NCBI RefSeq assembly: GCF_963676685.1
Contig: NC_092345.1
Location: 28,086,001 to 28,150,000 of the forward strand
Direction: 5' to 3'
Origin: Mytilus edulis
Lineage: Eukaryota
DNA length: 64,000 nucleotides
Part shown: positions 11,890-26,551 of the stretch, one piece after another
Layout of the letters: the number at the start of each line of letters is the position of its first letter
Numbering within the stretch: the stretch's first letter is position 1
The notes under the pieces: generated by a model
What the model saw: the letters and a program-made list of their open reading frames with translations, nothing else
What the model was told of the DNA's origin: nothing
Databases searched by the model: none
Position numbers and translations under genes: made by a program

Positions 11890-14800
11890 CTTTTAGGTCG
11901 ACAATGTTGCTGCAAATATATAATACGAAACTAATTATAGCAAAAACATGTTAATAAAATGTAAGATTTGTATTCTCGTCATTTATAACCTCCTTGAATC
12001 TTAAGTAGCTTGAAGATATTTTAAAATTTGGTCCTGACACATGGAATGTATGATTTCAAGCATGTGACTGAAAGGTCGTATAAAGTGTCAAGCGTCTAGC
12101 AAACGTTTTATGATAAATGTACACATTATTGTAGATTAGTGAGTTTACATAGAAATATACCGTCATAAAACAAGACAATGTCAACACAATAAAACTGCAA
12201 CATAGAGTTACAAGGTTGTAAAACACCGATAATTTCATATAGGGGTCGACTTCGAGGAGACTAACACTCTTGAACTTCATATATGATCATATTGCTTGTT
12301 CAAACAAGACTAATATTTAAATTAATCCCAAACTTTGTCAGGTCTTATATTCTGTTTTATATCACTTTTCTTCTCACCACTTGAGACTTTTGGTATGATC
12401 ATGGCTTATATAGGCCCAATAAATAATAGGGTAAAACTCATGTTAAACAATTACTTTATAGAAGAAACAATTTTTACGCTTCAACATTTACAAGGTTGTG
12501 TACTGGTCGTGTGTACAGTGATCTTTCTAAAAATGATATTAACCATTGTGTGCTTTTCTGTGTACTCTTTGTCAGGAACATATATATTATTAAACACTTT
12601 ACATAAAATAAATCACACTTATTTCGGTCATTTTACATGACAAAATATATCTACTTTATGATAAAACTTGTAATTATTTACGATTAGAATTATGTGGTTA
12701 CTTATTGCGCAGATCCGATAGTTTTTCAGTCAGACGCTCCAAAATCCATTAACCTCACGAAGTCTCGTAAAGTCGCGTAAAGTCCGAGATTTTAACAATT
12801 TTATACTGAGACTCCTACGAGATTCTTTTCCCGTTTATAGATATATTGTTCTGTGAAACATTAGCCTCATTTTTCTTTTGAAGGACTAAAAAAACTAACT
12901 TAACTTTTTGAAGAAAAGAGACAATGAAACAATATGAAGGAAAATCATAAAGTTTACCAACTTTTGCTCCAGGATAATTTATATATGGTTCTGAATATTT
13001 GTCAAACTTTCAAATTAAGTGACATAACACGGTTCTTTAAAAGCTGTCGTGATTAACTGTCAGTGCTGGTTTTATTTTTTAAGGTGTATGAATTTGTAAA
13101 ATATTACAATAAATGTACAAAACGTGTCGGATATCCTCCGGCATTTACAACATAGCAAAATTCACCTTTATATTAAAAAAAATCCAACTATATTTTCACC
13201 TGAAATTCTTATGGCCATGCATTTTAATACATGATATTGCTTTGTCATTTATTTTCACAACTATAAAGCTCTTCGTTGTCCGGGTTCCTTTTTTTTTCAA
13301 AAAAAGACGCATGGAATTTAAAACGTTTTAAAAATGTTTGTTTGTTCATTAAAAAAAGAGTAAAATATTAAGCTGCCAGCAAGCAAATTTACAAATACCG
13401 ACATAAACGACCTGATATATATTGAAAATATATTGGGCCAAACCTGAAAGGTCAGAGTGCAAACATTACAAGAAATGTCTTTGTTTGAAGCGTTTACTCA
13501 TAAACTTTAAATCAATGTTAAAGAGGTCTACAAAAATAAATTAAGAACTTATAAAGATTAATGCATCTTGATGTTTTTTTATGTATGTAATGTGTTCGTA
13601 CTCTGTGGCACGTAAAAACATTAATGACCTATATCTAAAATGCATCTGTTAGTGTTAATTTCATTGCTGTCAGTGTCGATTTCAATCTCAGCAACTCACA
13701 GCATGTAACCAACTATCATATGTAATATTATATGTTTGTTTCTTATGAAATATAAATGGACATTTGCCAAACTTATCATTCAAAGAATCTAGAAAATGAT
13801 TTAACAATCTATCTACAAAATCTGTTTTTTTGAAGTGGTAAGATGTTTAAGACTCATTGCGAATAATTAGCTATTTCAGTAGTTTCAAAATATTATGTAT
13901 ACTTAATCTAATCACTGAAAGACTGCTTAAAGTGTTTACAGATATAACCTGCAATGTTTTGGAAATATTTTATATATATCTTTCAATCGTATCACATTGT
14001 ATATTTTTCTTAAATAGAATACTCCAAACAGATAACTAGAATACTCGAAACAGATGAGAAAAAATAAACATGAAAAATTACAAAAGTAACATAAACGTCA
14101 GTCAAGGATTTACGAGTTCGATAACAATTCAACTACTTATAGACACAAATTGCTGCATTTTCATTTCTGAAAAGATTAAACCAAACCGTAAGTATATTGT
14201 GCAGGATGCAGCAGGATGCAAATAGTAATCCTGTAATAGTATTTGTAACTAATCAGGTAGTTTGTTTAATGTAAAAGGGACTGCTAAGCCCTGTGTGACT
14301 CAGACAATTTTCATACATAATCCTGATTTTATAAAAACAAAAACTTTGACAGGGTCATAAGGGTACTTTAAAAAAAAGTATTACACGATATAGTGTCGTC
14401 AACAGGGCTTCGTGTGCGTACCCAAAAACGCGGTAAAGTTGTCACATGGTGGATGAAATGAACCGATATTTGTGATTCCATGTACCTTTAAAAGGACAAG
14501 TCCATGTATATTTTCTTAACTATGGATAACAACAGAGACATTCATATAGTGATCTATATGTGACTCGAAAAATTGAATTTAAACCTGAAAATTTAAATGG
14601 CTGTTATCTTAGTATACTAGTATTGTGAATGTGAATAGAATTACCAGGATGAAGGGTTTTAATTTATGCCGTTCAACAGGTCAACTATGGATTCCAGAAA
14701 GATTTGTTGCAACTGTTCTATAAGATGGCCAATCCAAAACATATATCGTCGAATTTTACATCTCAATTTCAACCATAAAGATATACATACAACAGTGAAT

Positions 14801-15140
14801 TGTAAGATAAAAACATGATTGATATTTTACAATGTTGAGGTTACTAATGAAACCATCTTAAAAACCCATTAATTTTCGACCATTTAGAAATCGTCAAAAT
14901 TCCAACATCATTCATACGTTATTGTTAATTGCCTTGACAATTACTTGCATTTCATTCTTCCGCCTTTTTTTCTCATGAAAAATACATTAAATAGAAATCT
15001 TAAGTGAGACTCTTAGATACTGTTTCAAAAAGTAAATTTGTAGTCTTAAATAATTGATATAAATGATGGCATATGTACATAACTCATTTGCACAGCTGGA
15101 TTTCATAAATACACAATTTTTACTCACCTATTCACTGCAG

Positions 15141-15294
15141 GTATGAAGAACTGTTTTCCGGGACGGCATGCTGGGAGAACATTACAGACTCAACTGGTCA
15201 AGATTTGATAGGAACCAGCGTTAAAGGTGCCCCTAAATACCGACTTCAAACAGCGTTATCGCTGGTTTTATGGCCGTTTAACGAGAGGAAATAA
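15141..15294 (+). other. Candidate isolated terminal exon, unknown product
   Basis: TACTCAC...CTGCAG acceptor, then an open frame YEELFSGTACWENITDSTGQDLIGTSVKGAPKYRLQTALSLVLWPFNERK*, locally GC-richer. No convincing upstream exon and no recognised domain. Confidence 0.2.
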
Positions 15295-16559
15295 AGATAA
15301 AACATCATAAAATCTACAACTCTTCAGGAAGACGATAATGAAGTGAAATAATCTTGCTCCAAGTTTTATTAGATATAAATATCAGTGTCATTTCGCAAAT
15401 AAGCAAAAACAAATAATAAATTTAGCGAGTTTTATATTAAAAAATCTTCCTTGTTTAGTGCAGTTAATAGCGGAACACCGACGCATTTCTGAAATGTTGA
15501 GATTTAAAAACGTAAAATCGTCTTTGATGTTTTCAATTTCTTGTGATAAGGCTGAAATATATCAGCTTTATAATAGATTATTTGACCAATAAATTACAAA
15601 AGTAATGACAAACGTATCCAAGTTGACAAAAAAATTTTCCTTTCTGTTTTTTCGTGTATGAAGCGGGATAACTCTAACTGTCTTGTTTGTCCTGAATATT
15701 CGTAACAGTTATAACCCCAAAAAATGTTTAATATGCTCAAATTGAGAGAAAAAAATGTTGGCGTTCTTTGCAGTTGTTGCTGATCATAAACATACCGAAA
15801 ATTCGAGCCTTTACAAATCATAATATGTATGCAAGTTTATAAAAAGTTTATAGTAAGTTATAGTAAACAAATATTTTAGATATGGAATATCGTTTAATAT
15901 TATTCTAAGTGGATCATAAAACGATAAACAAATTTAAGGTCGATGGAATAATTGACTTGTAAACAACACTCAAGAATATGTTTATTTGTGTAATTTTATG
16001 ACTGTATGTTTAGATGGGTTTGTTCTAGTTTATTTTATAATTTTACATACCATCAATTGATATCAAAATCAAACAAGATTTCGCAAGAATTATCTTGTTT
16101 CATTGATCCTCTCTTGAACAAATCGAGGGTTAGAGTATAATGCTTTAGGTTATTAGTCTAAGATTTGGTGTTTGTCTCTATTTCTTTGTTGTTTTTTTCA
16201 ATTTTTCTTTCACCTACCACCCCAGAGTCGTAATGTTTTGTTTTTCTCAACGAATATACATGCTATTGTCACTGAACTTTTGTACACTTTTTCTCGCTGC
16301 GTAAAAGACCAATTGGTGGACTTGGGCTGTCTTCTGCTTTTTGGTCGGGTTGTAGTCTCTTTGACATATTCCCCATTTCCAATCTCAATTTATCATCACA
16401 ACATTTAGTATTTTGATATCAAAGCAATTTTTAGAAATCGTATCGTCTTAAAATGTATTGCAAAATCTTAAAAGGTGCATTATTGGAAATTAGCTTTCAA
16501 GATGCGCCATGCGGTACAAATAACACTTTTCATTGTGTTTAATAAGCTAACTACAGCTG

Positions 16560-16833
16560 TTCTGAGACAGCAACCTGATGTTCAGTGGTTGTCGTTTGTT
16601 GATGTGGTTCATAAATGTTTCTCGTTTCTTGTATTTTATATAGATTAGACCGTTTATTTTCCCGTTTGAATGGTATCACTAGTCATTTTGGGGTCCTTTC
16701 ATAGCTTGCTGTTCGGTGTAAGATAAGGCTTTGTGTTGAAGACCACAATTTGACCTATAATGGTTTACTTTTACAAATTTTGACTTGGATGGACAGTTGT
16801 TACATTGGCACTCATACCACATCTTCTTATATC
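16560..16833 (-). mobile_element. Well-preserved copy of interspersed repeat family B
   Basis: Reverse complement begins AGATATAAGAAGATGTGGTATGAGTGCCAATG. Related copies at ~4700-4825, 11040-11400, 21460-21810, 61575-61605 and 62570-62900. Confidence 0.8.
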
Positions 16834-17422
16834 TACGGAACAAATGTTTGATAATGCTCAATTCAGGATATAACTCAATCGTTTATATATTCTTGGTATT
16901 TATTCATTATCTTGAGACATACGGTACGGTCCGGGGAAACAGTTATCGTCCTTTGATTTTCGTTGTCTAACAAATAGAGTTCCTAGTGTGGACAGTATAT
17001 AACTTGCAATTTTTTTTCATATACCTTCCAAATTTATTTATTCATATTCTATGCATAATATAGTAAGGAAAGAAGATGAAATTTAACGTAAAAAGGGAAT
17101 TGGGGGCATGAATTTAAGTAGTGATTTTTTTCCAGTTTGAAAAGGGCAAAATTAGTATGTCTAAAGCTGCCAAACTGAATTACAGACCCCTTTAACATAA
17201 CATTATCCATATTTTGTGTTAGAGTCGCTAGACTTTTGTATAATTTTGATATAATTTGTCCTTAAATTAATACACTACACTATAACATCTTTTAGGAATA
17301 AGCAGATGCCTTTTTGTCTACAGGAAATGCACTTCTAATAACTGTGATACAATATTTAGTCATCGTTGTTGAGGCTTTTATTTGGAGGTTGCTGTATTTG
17401 ACATTGCGATATTGAGCCTTCA

Positions 17423-17507
17423 ATCTAATTGAATATAGATCTCTGATTTCGTTATACTTCACTCATATATAGTATAACGAAATCAGAGATCTATATTTTA
17501 ATTAGAT
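17423..17507. repeat. Hairpin/inverted repeat, ~36-bp arms, 12-nt loop (probably internally deleted MITE)
   Basis: AATATAGATCTCTGATTTCGTTATACT pairs perfectly (27 bp) with AGTATAACGAAATCAGAGATCTATATT; outer arms ATCTAATT/AATTAGAT. Confidence 0.9.
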
Positions 17508-17699
17508 AGGTGTGCCTTAAATTTTGCGACCACTCAGTAAGTATTTAGCACGCACAAAAGCATAAATTATTGACTGATTCTACACGCCAGTGAATGTAAA
17601 GTCTGAATCTTGAAGGAGTAAGCCAATATGTTTTTTTTTTATCATAATGAAAAATAATAGATTAGGGGATTGGGGTTAGTATCCTCCATTTCTAGATGC

Positions 17700-17782
17700 A
17701 ATTTGAATTCGAATATGAATATGAATTTGAATTTGAATTTGAATTTGAATTTGAATTTGAATTTGAATTTGGATTTGAATTT
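17700..17782. repeat. (GAATTT)n hexanucleotide microsatellite
   Basis: Direct reading; source of the FEFEFE and KFKFKF ORFs. Confidence 0.95.
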
Positions 17783-19769
17783 TTCTTTGCTTTTATTGAA
17801 GGCCCAATTTCCCCTTTTGTAATTAATTATTTCAACTCGGCTGATATGGAACTGAATCAGCAACACAATTATCTCGTTATAAATGTTAGACTCATGTTGA
17901 AAAAAATAATTATTTTGACTTTCTTTGTTGTTGTTGTCTCAAATGACAAGAACAAAACTTAAGTCAAACATCCTATTTCATGCATTTCGAAGCAATTATT
18001 ATACTTAAATATCTATAATGTTGTTATAGGTTAAAAAAAATCGCAATCATCATACAAAATGCTATTCTTGACGAAAGCTTATGATTATTTTTTGTTACAC
18101 AACGCCTTGAATGATACTTAGATGATCAAACATACATATAAAACATTCAACACAAATAAATAAGCCCTGTAGATTCTTATTGGATAATGAAATAGCCATC
18201 TGGTCATAAATATATTTTATCTCTTAAACATATCTACGTATGCATTAGAAAATTCGAAGAGTGCATCAGTACCAGATGAACTACAAACTGTCTCAATAAA
18301 CATATCATTACTTGGCATAAGAAAAGAGAAATAGCTTTGGTTACAAAAAATCTTATAGACATCCAAATACTTTAAGTGGTTAAACGTATGGTTAGTTTCT
18401 TTACCATTGATATGAACTTTTAGCAAAGCCTTTAATCAGAAGATAAAAAGAAAACTAGTAATTCTTTTGCAGTTTACATTGTTTTTAGATTTTAATTATT
18501 TTTACTGTCTTTCGAAACCAATATTTAATAATTAGACTGGATTGAGTGCATTCCCTCTTTATACAAAATATTTATACTTCATAATATATGAATGCTCAGT
18601 ATGTCAGTAGCATATCTACATTACGTTAAATTCATCAGCGCGTTTACACTGTTTATATTTTCGATTATTTTTTCATTACTTCGTTTTGTTTAAATGTTTT
18701 TTTTTTTCTATTATTATTATTTTTCTATATCGATTATTTCTATGCGTCTATAATAATAAATAGCATAAACTATATCGACAAATCCACTTTGACTGATAAA
18801 AAAAAATTTAGCATCAATATAGTATGTCCCATTCTTTGATAGCAAGATTAAATTTTGTTTTCTTGGCATTCCATACAAATACGTTTTGGGACATGGAAGT
18901 ACTTAAAGTAGTTGGAATTATTTCCCTTGGACCAATAAAAAACACTAATTCTCGAATAACCCAATTATCAATCACAATAAGCATACCTGGCACATCTTTC
19001 AATATTCAAGCTAGTTAACAAAAACAGAGATTAAATTGTAATATATTACAAAGGAAAAAGAAACAAATACATGTGTCACTTTTATTTTTATAATTGCAGG
19101 ATGATACAAAACAAATGCTAAAGTAGTATGTTCTTCGGCCTGTAAAGTTTTGCGTATGGTTTTCATCAGAATGGTTAAACGGAAAATCATACCAAACATT
19201 TTTAACGATAAGCATCGCTAATTTTCTCAGAGAATATCCGTAAGAAAAGCTATCCAGCCCATAAATTACAAGTCAAGCATTTTCTTTGACGCAAACATAT
19301 CGGTTGCAATAGTTCTCTACATTCACATTAGATAGCAAGGTTATTTATTGGCGAAAGGGTTAGAATTATTTTATTCGTCAGTCAACGAATTTGTCAATAC
19401 ACAAAAAGTTAAGATTTAAATATTGCCAAAGTGTCAGTTAAGCCTTCTAACTATGCCTAAACGGGACGGATCCGTTCCCGATGTTACTCTCGTCTGTGTC
19501 AGATTCTAGTCCGTGACAGATTTATGGCCAAAGATCTGTCAAGTTTAAGTTTTATGTTCCGAAGTTGCTACTCCTCGTTTCTTTTCATTCATAATCTGAA
19601 CAATCCGTTCTAACCTCTTGACCCAAGAGAGAAATAAGACCGCCATATTTTACAATGCATGCTGGGTAAGAACTGAATTATTTGTGCAGCTGGGAAAATG
19701 CTCAAGTTTAAAATGAAAAGAAGTAACAAACAAATATCTTGTTAGAGGCAGCAGTTTTATGTTTACAAA

Positions 19770-19895
19770 GAAGCACGATATGTGCAAATAGTTTCATAAA
19801 ACAGATTGTTTCATAAGAGGAGCGAAACGGGTCAACGCTGTCTTATGTGAAACGTGTCTTAACTTATGCTTCAAAACGTTTTCACGAATTCACGC
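19770..19895 (+). mobile_element. Possible piggyBac-type transposase C-terminal cysteine-rich remnant
   Basis: Translation DMCK*...AVLCETCLNLCFKTF then (frameshift) FHEF resembles C..C...C..C...LC...CF..FH. No TIRs identified. Confidence 0.3.
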
Positions 19896-22087
19896 AAAAA
19901 TGCAATTTATAATTTAAATACAACGAACTGTCTAAGATGAGAAAATGATAGATTTTTCAGAATTTCTTGAAATTTTATTGTTACTAACTCTCAGTCATCA
20001 TACTTGCACAACATCATGAGGTAAATGAGGCGTAAAATAACCGTGACCGAGGATAAAAAAGTTGAAAAGATGAAAATCAACACGGTATGATGAGTGTTTA
20101 ATTGCCACATTTCAAGAAGTAATTCTGGAACTTTGAATGATATATTATGGAAAACAAACATGCTTGCATCATATCGGCGTCAATCGGTACGGCTTAGCAT
20201 TTTAATAAATTATAGTGGAGAAAGATTAGTTATAATTCCTATCGTTTTTTTCCCTCAAAAAACAACGAACAATGCCCAGCTTTCGAACACATTTTTTGCT
20301 TGTTTGTGTTGATTTGTTTTGTTTTTGTTTTTGTAAATTGTATTTGCATTTTGAACCACGAATTTCATGGTATGTTTCGTCAAACTCGTAAGGTAACCAA
20401 TAATGTCTTTCTCTTAAATTACGTGATGCGGTCCCACCGTCCTTTTTAATGGCCCCTCATATCGTTAAGACCCGTGTGAATGTTTTAAAATTATTCATAG
20501 TCGGACCAGTTCCATACATGTATAACTAAGGCATACTGGTATTCTTAATACAACATGTGGGGAAACATGTCTTTATTGCATTTACAGTCAGCCAAATATT
20601 TAATTTAAAGCAATTCAAATTCAATCCATTAAAACTAGGCGAAATAAAAAGAAAGTTTCGACAATGTGCGATCGCTATCTTCACATTATAATAAATGGAT
20701 GATGTTATATTCATGAACAACCGTGAATATGATACAGTCACATTTAGATACACATTTCACAGCACGCTCTATACCTTCCAAAATACAATACATGACCTAA
20801 GATTGCATGTTCTCCATTAGAACTTGTAATGCGCAGCAGTGTTGAGAAAAGCATAGTCGATACAATCACTTTCCTTATAAAGAAAGGTTAATAGAGATCG
20901 CCAACTTGCTGCTGTGACTTGAAACCATTATAATAGATTTTTAAGCCATTAATATTGGTCTTCTAAAACACCAAACATTGTTTAGCTTAGATATTTAACT
21001 AGATTGCGGGTTAGATCGTAAAACGTTAGAAAGGGACATTTTTATCGGTGAGGGAGTCGATTTTATTGGAATAGTTTCGTGTTTACGAGAACTTAAAGGG
21101 ATATCACAATGTAAGAAGTTAACTATAAACATGATAACTTTGTGTTTTAGTCCAAAATGGGGAAACCATGAATAACTACTCAAACTCACTGAAATATATA
21201 CTTTAGTCTGCAGTGGATAACAAGATTCATTTATTTAAAGAGATGCAAATGATACCAGAGCGACATTCAAACCCGAAATAGAAAAAAACTTACAACGCCT
21301 TGGCTAAAAAGGAAAATGGCAAACAGACAATCAATAATACACAAAAAACAATTAGTTGTTATTGGCGCTCAACTTGCTATAAGTAGCTACGAAAACTCTT
21401 TAATCGGCACTGTGTATAGTGTATATTTTGTCTTTATGCTACAATAGTAGTTAGTTTTGTGTTTCTTGCTGATCCCATGAGTCAAGCCATTTTCAACTGA
21501 GCTTAACAGTGTTTTCCTATGTTGTGTTGTTGCATTGCTGTCCAAGGTGTGGGAGGGTTTAGCTCTCACAAACATGTCCCATTCTATAATATGTGCATGT
21601 TCCAAGTCAGAGATTTGTTATTCAGAGGTTGTCGTTAGTAGTTATCTGACACTTTTGTACTTTGAATTGTTTCACATAACTGACCGTATACTGATAAGGG
21701 TTTGCTCATTGTCGAAGACCGTATGGTTACCAATAGTTGCTTAAATTCGTTTTATTTGGACTGTTGGATAGTTGTCTCATTGGCACTCATACCGCATCGC
21801 CTTATTTTATTTACGGTCTTCAATGTTGTATTTAAGTGTCCATGACAAGCACACAATCACCACATTTCAGAACAAGTGGTGAATGACTGAATCCAAAGAA
21901 GGGTTGGCCGAATTTCTAGTATTTACCCTTATTTCCAAAAATTACAGAAGGTTCAGAAAATAGTCACTACCAATGACGAGGTTCCGCAGTCTGAACAGCA
22001 CTTATTCCTTTGTTGTTGTTTGGGTGTAGTAAATTGGTTGTGTGATGAAAAAACCCTTCAGTAGATCTCAATCAGTCGAAAACAAAG

Positions 22088-22170
22088 AAGACAGGTTAAT
22101 GCGCAAAGAGAACAGGTGATTTGTGCAAAAAGAACAGGTGAATACGCAAAGAGAACAGGTGAATGCGCAA
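22088..22170. repeat. Short tandem repeat, ~21-22 bp (GCGCAAAGAGAACAGGTGAAT) x3-4
   Basis: AGAACAGGTG occurs three times between ~22108 and 22161. Confidence 0.8.
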
Positions 22171-23758
22171 TGAAAAATAAAAACAGTGAACGAACAGTTA
22201 CAGCATGGTTAATAAATACATGCTCCTTGTCCTAAGTCTAAAACCGGTAATCTTATCAGTGATTGTAAATATTTATGTCTTTTTAATGGTATGTGTCGTT
22301 CAAACAATTAAGCTTGAGCGTAGATATATATTTGTTGAATTTATCCACTTCTTTAGTAGACTCAGTTTTCGGGTGGGGTGGCATAAATGGTTTCAGCTTG
22401 GCAATTACATGAAGAAACACTTTTCTATTATTGAATCATTTTAATCTCTTGATGACTTTTCTGCATGCAAAAGTAAACGGGTGGAAAGTAATTTTGCTCT
22501 AACGAAATTACGAAATAAATAAAATCTCACAAGCTCACAGTACACCATATTTACGACTTATTTTTATTCTTTGATTATGGGTTCATTAGGTCTTGTACTT
22601 CTTCGTTTATTGAAATTCGTGTAAATGAGGTACTGCAATTCATGAATTTACTCTTTTTAAAAGGAAACATTTCAATGTTCTTGTTCATATTTATGCTCCA
22701 AAATAGTTTATGATCCTAGATATTTTACGACAGTTTAAATTGACAGAAGAAAACATTGGCACATGTCCTCAAATGAGACTGTTTGTCGGTTACCTTGAAA
22801 GTATATAAGATGCTCTTCAAAATTATAGTCTGAAGACTCGACAAAATGGCCATCTGTGTACGAGAAAGTCTTTTAATATGTCATTTTAATGTTTTTGGGG
22901 AAATAAATGTACCACCCAAACACACGGGATCGTCTGCCTTCGTTGTAGACCAACATGGTCACACGCTTTTCCACTATACCTTATTTACTCCAAACATCCG
23001 GGTCTTGGCAGCCATTGTTAAAGGGACTTAATTTGTAACAATATCACATTAATCAAAGATGCAAATCATAAGAGCTATTGTTAAAATATAACGCTTTCAG
23101 TTATTTGTTTACTTTAATGGTGTAACAACACAAAGTACAGATAATCCCGTTTATTCGCGCCGATGAATTTTCTATTTAAGGTATAGACAGTGATATTGTT
23201 GAGAAGAGCATGTTCGGGATTTGTTGACATCATGATAATCTTGAAATATATTGCCTACCTACTCGACTTTGTGGTTGGTATGAAATTATTTCACTTCTAT
23301 ACCAATAAGATTCAGAAAACTAGATGATACTGACTGTGTGTACTTTTTGCAGACTGAGGATTCGTGCAACAAAACTTGAATTCACTTATATTTTTAGTCT
23401 CTGGAAATAGTTGCTCTTACCCAAATAAATATTCCTTTCGGACAAACTGAAAATAGTGTTTGTCGACTACGAAATTTTTATGGTTTGACGGAGCACCTTA
23501 GATTAGTAAAAAGAAAAACGCTTTCACTGTACTTGTGCAAGTTTAACTAACTTTCGGTTGGAAAACGTGGTTTTTAACGGCAATGTTTAATTGTTTCATG
23601 TCAGGCTAATATAAGAAAACACATAATTAACGACTATCACCTACTTTTACAAAAGAATTTTAACCGATTTCGTTTTGGCACATTCTGATTAGTAGACAGG
23701 GAAATAACTTTTTTGATAAACTATTCAAGTTACTCTAGTTTAAACTTACGGGTTTATG

Positions 23759-23791
23759 ATTAGAATGTGCAAATATATTGCACATTCTAAT
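23759..23791. repeat. Perfect 14-bp inverted repeat with 5-nt loop
   Basis: ATTAGAATGTGCAA-ATATA-TTGCACATTCTAAT. Confidence 0.85.
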
Positions 23792-26551
23792 GTGTATACC
23801 CGTATATATATATAATATATATTATTTATAATGAGAGTAAAACGAACATGTGTACTTGACTTAATTAGTAGAAATGGGTTAATAATATCCTTCTCATATT
23901 CTAATAGTCATGAATATATTTTTCAAACCTATATATATGTGTCAAAAATAACAATAATTTCGTAGCAGAACTGTTCAGAAAATTCCGAAAATCATTTAAA
24001 AAATCTATTTTTTTTTAAGCATTGATTTCAACATGAATAATAATTAATTATAAAGATTTATGTCGTTTTTTTTTTATTTCTTTTAAAACTCAAATTATGT
24101 TGATGATGTATTGTTCGTATGTAAACTGTATACATTTACACACCAAATGTACATAGTTTGTACACAGCTTTCATAATCTGCATTTTAATTTGTCGATAAA
24201 GGCTGGTAATGTAAATTTCTAATGCACCAATTTATTATTAGAACGACAGAATACATTAAGCTATAGAAGAAAACTTCAAGCCGCTCATTTACTCATAGAT
24301 TCATCTATTTGCAAAAGATGAGGATTTTTGCTTTCAAAACTTTGCTTTTTTTTAACGGAAAATATAAATCCTTGAAATACAATAGTAAGTTAGTTTTTTC
24401 TTGAATATATTCTTTTGTTGATAAGCTGGTATTGTCTTTTAGTTTCTCTTAATCTATTCTTTTATTTATTTGAATTAATTGAACGCAAATCTCTTAATTT
24501 CTGGTCGAAAATCACTTTAGTATTTTATTTACTGAACTCTCAAATTGCATTCGGAGTTTGCAAGAAAAAAATTATTAATTTGAATACATTTTTTTTTTTC
24601 AGTTTTTTAAGTTATCTTTATTTTTGCGTGATTGTTTAAAATTTCAAGTTATATTTATCTGCGTTCAATGTAAACTATGCAAAGACACAGTCACGTCATA
24701 AAATAGTAAAAAAAAAAGAACATTATATATTTGTAAAAGTTGAAATGTTTTGAATATTTCATCTATGGATTTATATTAAACAATTTAAAAGAGAAAAAAA
24801 ATAGCATTACTTACTTAAAAAGATCTTTTAAATATGAAAAATAGATAAAAAGCAATGAAATCTTTCTTAGATTATAAAAGACAATTATTTCTTTTGCAAT
24901 AAAATACACAAATTAAAAAATATATATCAGTGTCTTTTTGCAACTGTTAACCATAATGATGAAATACTGCGTATGCATTATTTATGTATAAGTTTCCATG
25001 AAAGGACAAGTGAAATATACATGTACCTTCACGTGACCGTATAAACATATATATTTCAATTGTTCAATAATTAACTATGTTTGATGAAATTTTAAAATTG
25101 TGTCAACGGTCTTTTCCTGATTTTACTACCATTTATTTAACGGAAATTGTTTTCATTGGAGGTTGTCGACCAAAAGTTATAAATAAAGGCATATGGGACA
25201 TTACTGTTTATCGATGTAAAATTAGACAAATTTATACTAAACACAAGCCCATAAACCGCGTGAAATTTATTTACGAGGTCAAAATTTAGTATGCAACTAA
25301 ACTGTAATAAAAGTCACCGCGAACAAAGTATCGAATCGTAAATTATTTTAAGACGTTAAATCATTCGTTGTCGCAAAATGTTATTTATGGAGACAAATAT
25401 ACTTTATCATCAATGCAAATTATCAATAAAGATAGTCATTATTTTCTTTTTTCCCGTTAAAATGTAATTTAATATTTTCCCCTTGTGTAACAAAAACTTA
25501 TGGAAAATCAAATGTTCTTTTGTGTTTGTCCGAAGTTGTATTAAAAGCATAATAGGGTACTATGATTATCTAATGTTTATCAATTAATTGTTAATCAAGT
25601 AGTAATAAATATTTTAAAATGTAAATTATAAGATTCCGGAGAAAAGATTATTTGTGCCACTTTTTGCTTACAAATAAAACAAATAAAATTATATGAATAC
25701 AATTCCAAATTTTATTTTAAATCATAATTATTTATTTAGTGCAATTCTTTGTTAAATTTAGAGAATTAAGAGACTCATAATGTAAGGTATTAGCTGGCGA
25801 GACATGAAGACATAAATCAATGTAGCTTTCTAATAAATCTTAGGCGGACTGACCGACTCAATTATGTGGGAAGTGACCCAGTAATTTTATACAATCCAGA
25901 TGGAGACTTCTGTATACATAGTTTACCTCTGATTCTGCGCCAAGTATCAGCAGGTAAAAAAGAACGAACTCTGCTTCGGCGACATATTAATTTCCGTTCG
26001 TATTGAATTATATAAAAATTTTAATCCACTAAAATATTTCCAAAATTCAAAGTCATAAATATATACACTTGAAATAGATAGTGTGAACCTCCTGAACAAT
26101 CACTTTCTTCTTCTGAATAATTTAGTCGGTCATTTTCTTTTGCACAATATATTGATTAATCAATCCCAATTTATATAATATAACATTCGTGCAAATTTCT
26201 TTTCTTTTTAGAATCCAATTGTTTGTGGAAATGTGAACATATCACTCCCAAAAACGGTGTTACGAAAAAATCATTTGGATCTGAAATTATTAATAGAGAT
26301 TCTTTTCAAAGAACACTTCCAAGTTTATAGAATGCATTTCAAAACAGTCCAAGACACCGGACGTTCAGCTATAGAAATAACAATTTTTTGAATAAATCAG
26401 AGGTTGCAGTTTTCACCAGATTTGCAGGTGTTTGGGAAATAAACTTGATTTATTTTAGTGACGTCAAGAGGATTTTTAGAGCTAAATAAACATTAAAATT
26501 ATGTGATTTAGTTTTCCAGTCATAGTAGTTTCCGGTGAAAAATAGAATTTA

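Noticed and set aside
14400-14560. Tudor-like motif GQVHVYFLNYG
   Set aside because: Short match needing a frameshift and several stops; could be chance.
17642-17962. FE- and KF-repeat ORFs
   Set aside because: Translation of the (GAATTT)n microsatellite.
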